DNA of 64,000 bases from Marsupella aquatica (lineage: Eukaryota > Plantae > Marchantiophyta). This document shows positions 62,213-64,000 of the stretch, one piece after another. The notes under the pieces are model-generated. The model was not told the origin of the DNA. It did not search any database and saw only the letters and a list, made by a program, of their open reading frames with translations. Location: positions 13,763,375-13,827,374 of the forward strand of contig OZ316897.1 of NCBI GenBank assembly GCA_973895155.1, written 5' to 3'. Each line of letters begins with the position of its first letter. Position 1 is the stretch's first letter. The translations under genes and the position numbers were made by a program.

Positions 62213-63242
62213 TGAAAAGAGTTACGCAAGAGAGTCAACTGAGCCTCGTTTGAGGATGAATGTCAGGCACGGATCTTTTTCTATGCCGCAGCTAACTTAC
62301 AATTCTAAATGACGGTTTCCGAGCGCTCCTTTCTGCGCACCCAATTGCGTCTGCTCTGTTGCTCACCCTGTGGGCCATCTTCCTTTCTGGCATACCAGCT
62401 TTCGGCGCTCTGGTCCTGTGGGCCGTCGTCCTTTCTCGAGTAAGCTTCTGGAGTTTTGCTTTCTGAGCAGGTAAGAATTTGCCTTACAGTCAGGTGGGCG
62501 TCGAGAAGAGACAAAATTTGGGTGTGCTGAAAAGTCCAACAGAAGGTTGGTTTCGATACGGCACTCCATAGTCCACTCTTCCTGAGTTTCTTTCCAGCCA
62601 ATTCATTCGCACGTTCGGAATATGCAGTCTTAGAGTGACGTCCCATTTTGCAGAATTCAACGTGACCCCCGGTGACTTATTTGTTCGATTGCGTACCAAT
62701 CAGAAAGCCTATGCAGACATGGAAGCATGGGACCCTGGAGAATTTAATTAACCATAATGCAATTGACGTGGACACACACACAACTACAGGCCGTAAGGAT
62801 CGGCGCAAACACCGGTCTCAGCAGCAGCTGTAACTATGGGTGATGGTTTACAGCCTGATGTTCCATTCAGCACGTCAACCTGGAATGAGCGAGTGTCTAC
62901 TACGAAATAATGACCGATTAATGTTGAATGTGCCATGCTTTGATCTTTACAAGCCATCACGAAACGAGAAACCAAAATGAAGTGTAGGGTAACCCAACCT
63001 TCAAGAGGCGGTAGTGGGATCCAGATTATTTTTTATGTGCCAATTTCCACTTCCACTTTTGGCAAAAACTGGCAATTGTGTCTACCATTTGCCACTTTCC
63101 CACCAAATCATGGATCCCATTTGCTAGTCTCTAAGGACACCCCCGTTCCTAACTTTTGTTCTTCCTACCCATCACATGCAAAGAAGTTTGGTGTTTTTCA
63201 ATTCAATTGGGTGGAAGACTTAAAAACATTTGTCAGTCTTCA

Positions 63243-63543
63243 ACTTGCCTGAGCTAAGGATGGAGGACCATCATCATAGGGTTGCCATTGATGTCAAAAA
63301 CATCATAGGGTCGCCATTGATGTCAAAAACTCCCGGAGTCTCTTGGTGATATAATTTTGTCAGCCCAGGGGTTTCTTCCTGGTCAGCTGAGAAAAGATAG
63401 AGTCCACCAAGCCGTGCTGGACTCCCATTCTGGTCATGACCCTCTTGTAGAGTAAATGAGGCTGCTGCCAGAATGTGCCAATAAGGCTCATTTGGGCAAA
63501 ACTCGACTGCATCTGCATTTCCTCCCAACTCTACGTTGGCCAT
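63243..63543 (-). pseudogene. DPH7: DPH7-like (diphthamide pathway WD40) 5' pseudogene fragment
   Basis: LGGNADAVEFCP..ILAAASFTLQEG..RLGGLYLF..GVFDI, then a 1-nt frameshift at DI(K)W, a ~29-bp duplication, and LAQAS*. Confidence 0.8.
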
Positions 63544-64000
63544 CCTTTGGACACCGCTCAAGCTTGTTCCAAATGAAACCTCAAAGGTCACCCTTCAGAC
63601 CATCATGAGCATAACACACCAATTGTGCCTGATCATCCAATTTCGCTCTGAGGGTCCTCCAGTGAGTCCAATCAAACCCAGAATTAACAGACTTCCTGAC
63701 TTCCAAGAAGATTGTGGCCAGCTTCATGGCTCGTTTATCCACGTAATTGCTCAAAACCTTCTGTGTGCTCAAAACCTTCTGTGTCCATCATGAAGTGTCT
63801 CGCAGCTGTTGCCGCCTACAATTGAGAATCTTCTTTTTTTGCCTTGAATACAGAAAGTTGACCCCTCCAAGAGAGGATTGATGAACAACTCCAGAGCATG
63901 CACCTCTGTAGGGTAGCCGACAAGGGGGGATCATACCTAGTACAAGGAGGGAGAGAGGGTTGGACCAGAGCCCCAAGTGGACCAGCCAGGGGCTGAGGAC

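Overview
Land-plant nuclear DNA with spliceosomal GT-AG genes and many transposable elements; a seed-free plant is plausible but cannot be shown from sequence alone. Three intact spliced genes were reconstructed by hand, all on the + strand: a GT61 glycosyltransferase (36347-39117), a DnaJ-type zinc finger plus 4x CCHC zinc-knuckle protein with a GC-AG intron (46547-50817), and a CASP-like/DUF588 membrane protein (59025-61714). There is one cytosolic tRNA-Phe(GAA) gene, plus beta-tubulin and DPH7-like pseudogene fragments. Mobile DNA comprises a young full-length Ty1/copia element (15358-21851), two related solo LTRs, an internally deleted Ty3/gypsy element, two tRNA-derived SINE-like copies, several MITEs, an L1 fragment and many tandem arrays. 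Two observations stand out. First, a 363-bp TRIM (40193-40555) has LTRs that each contain a complete tRNA-like Pol III module. Second, the copia element has gag and pol in the same frame, separated by a single UGA that is followed by a predicted hairpin/pseudoknot, which suggests programmed readthrough.
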